A DNA stretch of 64,000 nt from Eledone cirrhosa (taxonomy: Eukaryota), in contig OZ024744.1 in the NCBI GenBank assembly GCA_964016885.1, forward strand, positions 63,798,001-63,862,000, in the 5' to 3' direction. The notes under the pieces are model-generated. The model ran no database searches, had not been told where the DNA came from, and saw only the letters and a list, made by a program, of their open reading frames with translations. This document shows positions 59,950 to 64,000 of the stretch, piece after piece. A program made the position numbers and the translations under genes. Position 1 is the stretch's first letter; every line of letters begins with the position of its first letter.

Positions 59950-62900
59950 TGACATTCCTGTAGTATATATCACAGGTGTGACATTCCTCTAGTATATATC
60001 ACAGCTGTGACATTTCTGTAGTATATATCACAGCTGTGACATTTCTGTAGTATATATCACAGTTGTGACATTCCTGTAGTATATATTTCACAGCTGTGAC
60101 ACTCCTTTAGTATATATCACAGTTGTGACATTCCTGTAGTATATATCACAGTTGTGACATTCCTGTAGTATATATCACAGCTGTGACATTCCTGTACTAT
60201 ATATCACAGTTATGACATTCCTGTAGTATATATATCAAAGCTGTGACATTCCTGGAGTATATATCACAGCTGTGCATTCCTGTAGTATATATCACAGATG
60301 TGACATTCCTGTAGTATATATTACAATTGTGACATTCCTGTACTATATATCAAATTTGTGAAATTTCTGTAGTATATATCACAGTAGTGACATTCCTGTA
60401 GTATATATCACTGGTGTGACATTCCTGTAGTATATATCACAGCTGTGACATTCCTGTAGTATATATCACAGCTGTGACATTCCTGTAGTATATATATATC
60501 ACAGCTGTAACATTCCTGTAGTATATATAACAGTTGTGACATTCCTGTAGTATATATCACAATTATGACATTCCTGTAATATATATCACAGTTGTGACAT
60601 TCATGTAGTATATATCACAGTTGTGACATTCATGTAGTATATATCACAGTTGTGACATTCCTGTAGTATATATCACATCTGTGACATTCCTGTAGTATAT
60701 ATCACATCTGTGACATTCCTGTAGTATATATCACAGTTGTGACATTCCTGTAGTATATATCACAGCTGTGACATTCCTGTAGTGTATATCACAGTTGTGA
60801 TATTCCTGTACTATATATCACAACAGTGACATTCCTGCTGTTTATATCACAGCTGTGACATTCCTGTACTATATATCACAATTGTGACATTCCTGTAGTA
60901 TATATCACTGTTGTGATATTCCTGTAGTATATATCACAGTTGTGACATTCCTGTAGTATATATCACAGTTGTGGCATTCATCTAGTATATATCACAGTTG
61001 TGACATTCATCTAGTATATATCACACTTGTGATATTCCTGTAGTATATATTACAGCTGTGACATTCCTGTAGTGTATATAACAGTTGTGACATTCCTGTA
61101 CTATATATCACAACTGTGACATTCCTGCTGTTTATATCACAGCTGTGACATTCCTGTAGTATATATCACAATGTGACACTCCTGTAGTATACATCACAAT
61201 TGTGACACTCCTGTAGTATATATCACAGTTGTGTCATTCCTGTAGTATATATCACAGTTGTGACATTCCTGTAGTATATATCACAGCTGTGACATTCCTG
61301 TAGTATATATCACAGTTGTGACATTCCTGTAGTATATATCACAGCTGTGACATTCCTGTAGTATATATCACAATTGTGACATTCTTGTAGTATATATTAC
61401 AGCTGTGACATTACTGTAGTATATATCACAATTGTGACATTTCTGTAGTATATATGACAGTTGTGACATTCCTGTAGTATATATCACAGTTGTGACATTC
61501 CTCTAGTATATATCACAGTTGTCACATTCCTGTAGTATATATCACAGCTGTGACATTTCTGTAGTATATATCACAGCTGTGACATTGCTGTAGCATATAT
61601 CACAGTTATGACATTGCTGTAGTATATATCACAGTTATGACATTCTTGTAGTATATATTACAGGTGTGACATTCCTGTAGTATATATGACAGTTGTGACA
61701 TTCCTGTAGTATATATCACAGTTGACATTCCTGTAGTATGTATCACATTTGTGACATTCATCTAGTATATATCACAGTTGTGACATTCCTGTAGTATATA
61801 ATACACTTGTGATATTCCTGTAGTATATATCACAGCTGTGGCATTCCTGCAATATATATCACAGTTGTTACATTCCTGTAGTATATATCACAGCTGTGAC
61901 ATTCCTGTAGTGTATATAACAGTTGTGACATTCATGTACTATATATCACAACTGTGACATTCCTGCTGTTTATATCACAGCTGTGACATTCCTGTAGTAT
62001 ATATTACAATTGTGACACTCCTGTAGTATATATCACAGTTGTGTCATTCCTGTAGTATATATCACAGTTGTGACATTCCTGTAGTATATATCACAGGTGT
62101 GACATTCCTCTAGTATATATCACAGCTGTGACATTTCTGTAGTATATATCACAGTTGTGACATTCCTGTAGTATATATATCACAGCTGTGACATTCCTTT
62201 AGTATATATCACAGTTGTGACATTCCTGTAGTATATATCACAGTTGTGACATTCCTGTAGTATATATCACAGCTGTGACATTCCTGTACTATATATCACA
62301 GTTATGACATTCCTGTAGTATATATATCAAAGCTGTGACATTCCTGGAGTATATATCACAGCTGTGCATTCCTGTAGTATATATCACAGCTGTGACATTC
62401 CTGTAGTATATATTACAATTGTGACATTCCTGTACTATATATCAAAGTTGTGAAATTTCTGTAGTATATATCACAGTTGTGACATTCCTGTAGTATATAT
62501 CACTGGTGTGACATTCCTGTAGTATATATCACAGCTCTGACATTTCTGTTGTATATATCACAGTTGTGACATTCATACAGTATATATCACAGTTGACATT
62601 CCTGTAGTATATATCACAGTTGTGACATTCATGTAGTATATATCACAGTTGTGACATTCATGTAGTATATATCACAGTTGTGACATTCCTGTAGTATATA
62701 TCACATCTGTGACATTCCTGTAGTATATATCACATCTGTGACATTCCTGTAGTATATATCACAGTTGTGACATTCCTGTAGTATATATCACAGCTGTGAC
62801 ATTCCTGTAGTGTATATCACAGTTGTGATATTCCTGTACTATATATCACAACAGTGACATTCCTGCTGTTTATATCACAGCTGTGACATTCCTGTACTAT

Positions 62901-64000
62901 ATATCACAATTGTGACATTCCTGTAGTATATATCACTGTTGTGACATTCCTGTAGTATATATCAAAGTTGTGACATTCCTGTAGTATATATCACAGTTGT
63001 GACATTCATCTAGTATATATCACAGTTGTGACATTCATCTAGTATATATCACACTTGTGATATTCCTGTAGTATATATTACAGCTGTGACATTCCTGTAG
63101 TGTATATAACAGTTGTGACATTCCTGTACTATATATCACAACTGTGACATTCCTGCTGTTTATATCACAGCTGTGACATTCCTGTAGTATATATCACAAT
63201 TGTGACACTCCTGTAGTATGCATCACAATTGTGACACTCCTGTAGTATATATCACAGTTGTGTCATTCCTGTAGTATATATCACAGTTGTGACATTCCTG
63301 TAGTATATATCACAGCTGTGACATTCCTGTAGTATATATCACAGTTGTGACATTCCTGTAGTATATATCACAGCTGTGACATTCCTGTAGTATATATCAC
63401 AATTGTGACATTCTTGTAGTATATATTACAGCTGTGACATTACTGTAGTATATATCACAGTTGTGACATTCCTCTAGTATATATCACAGTTGTCACATTC
63501 CTCTAGTATATATCACAGCTGTGACATTTCTGTAGTATATATCACAGCTGTGACATTGCTGTAGCATATATCACAGTTATGACATTGCTGTAGTATATAT
63601 CACAGTTATGACATTCTTGTAGTATATATTACAGGTGTGACATTCCTGTAGTATATATGACAGTTGTGACATTCCTGTAGTATATATCACAGTTGACATT
63701 CCTGTAGTATGTATCAAATTTGTGACATTCATCTAGTATATATCACAGTTGTGACATTCCTGTAGTATATATCACACTTGTGATATTCCTGTAGTATATA
63801 TCACAGCTGTGGCATTCCTGCAGTATATATCACAGTTGTTACATTCCTGTAGTATATATCACAGCTGTGACATTCCTGTAGTGTATATAACAGTTGTGAC
63901 ATTCATGAACTATATATCACAACTGTGACATTCCTGCTGTTTATATCATAGCTGTGACATTCCTGTAGTATATATTACAATTGTGACACTCCTGTAGTAT
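59950..64000. repeat. ~2.0 kb tandem duplication running to the window end
   Basis: CAACAGTGAC at 60821/62849 (offset 2028), TTACAGGTGTG offset 1971, and GCTGTGCATT offset about 2092. The offsets differ by roughly whole monomers. Confidence 0.8.

Larger units (their letters stand above)
558..64000. repeat. 29-bp tandem satellite array (consensus GACATTCCTGTAGTATATATCACAGYTRT), >63 kb, head-to-tail, truncated by the window end
   Basis: Seen directly: continuous 29-bp periodicity from ...tttAGTATATATCACAGTTATGAC at 558-581 to base 64000. No spacers, foreign insertions or inversions noticed. Three dominant monomer types (CAGTTGTG, CAGTTATG, CAGCTGTG). Family not recognised. Confidence 0.99.
36260..64000. 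repeat. Satellite domain B (distinct variant subfamily)
   Basis: Markers CCTGCTGTTTATATC, CAGTTGACATT (27-bp unit), CATTGCTGTAGCATA, GTTGTGTCATT and frequent CATTTCTG occur here, while the domain-A markers disappear. Confidence 0.85.

Noticed and set aside
558-64000. CRISPR array (29-bp, partly palindromic repeat)
   Set aside because: Units are directly head-to-tail with no unique spacers, and there are no cas genes or leader.
558-64000. Telomerase-made telomeric repeat
   Set aside because: Kilobase-scale ordered variant blocks imply recombinational amplification, and there is no G-rich strand. A subtelomeric location cannot be excluded.
558-64000. Variant order as an information-bearing code
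   Set aside because: The recurring order is explained by nested duplications; nothing in the sequence indicates a readout mechanism.

Overview
About 99% of the window (~558-64000, running off the 3' end) is one uninterrupted, single-orientation tandem satellite with a 29-bp monomer (consensus GACATTCCTGTAGTATATATCACAG[T/C]T[G/A]T; roughly 2,200 copies by length/29). It looks eukaryotic. Diagnostic variant monomers reveal a layered history. Domain A (~2.2-36.2 kb) is built on a ~2.4-2.5 kb higher-order repeat (HOR) and includes a near-identical ~4.9 kb tandem duplication. Domain B (~36.3-64 kb) has a different variant set and carries 1.3, 4.6, 1.9 and ~2.0 kb duplications. The only unique DNA (1-557) reads as the 5' part of a spliced gene: an ATG at 110 in good Kozak context, a putative 58-bp intron, and a 183-bp exon (183-365) that together give a signal-peptide-like N-terminus, then a GTAAGT donor. 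The satellite starts exactly at a strong 3' splice-acceptor-like site (AG at 561-562). It is therefore either inside a giant intron or forms or replaces the terminal exon. I found no prokaryotic genes, CRISPR array, RNA genes or recognisable transposons, and the ORFs inside the array are artefacts. Offsets were read by eye from marker variants, and block boundaries are approximate to about one monomer.
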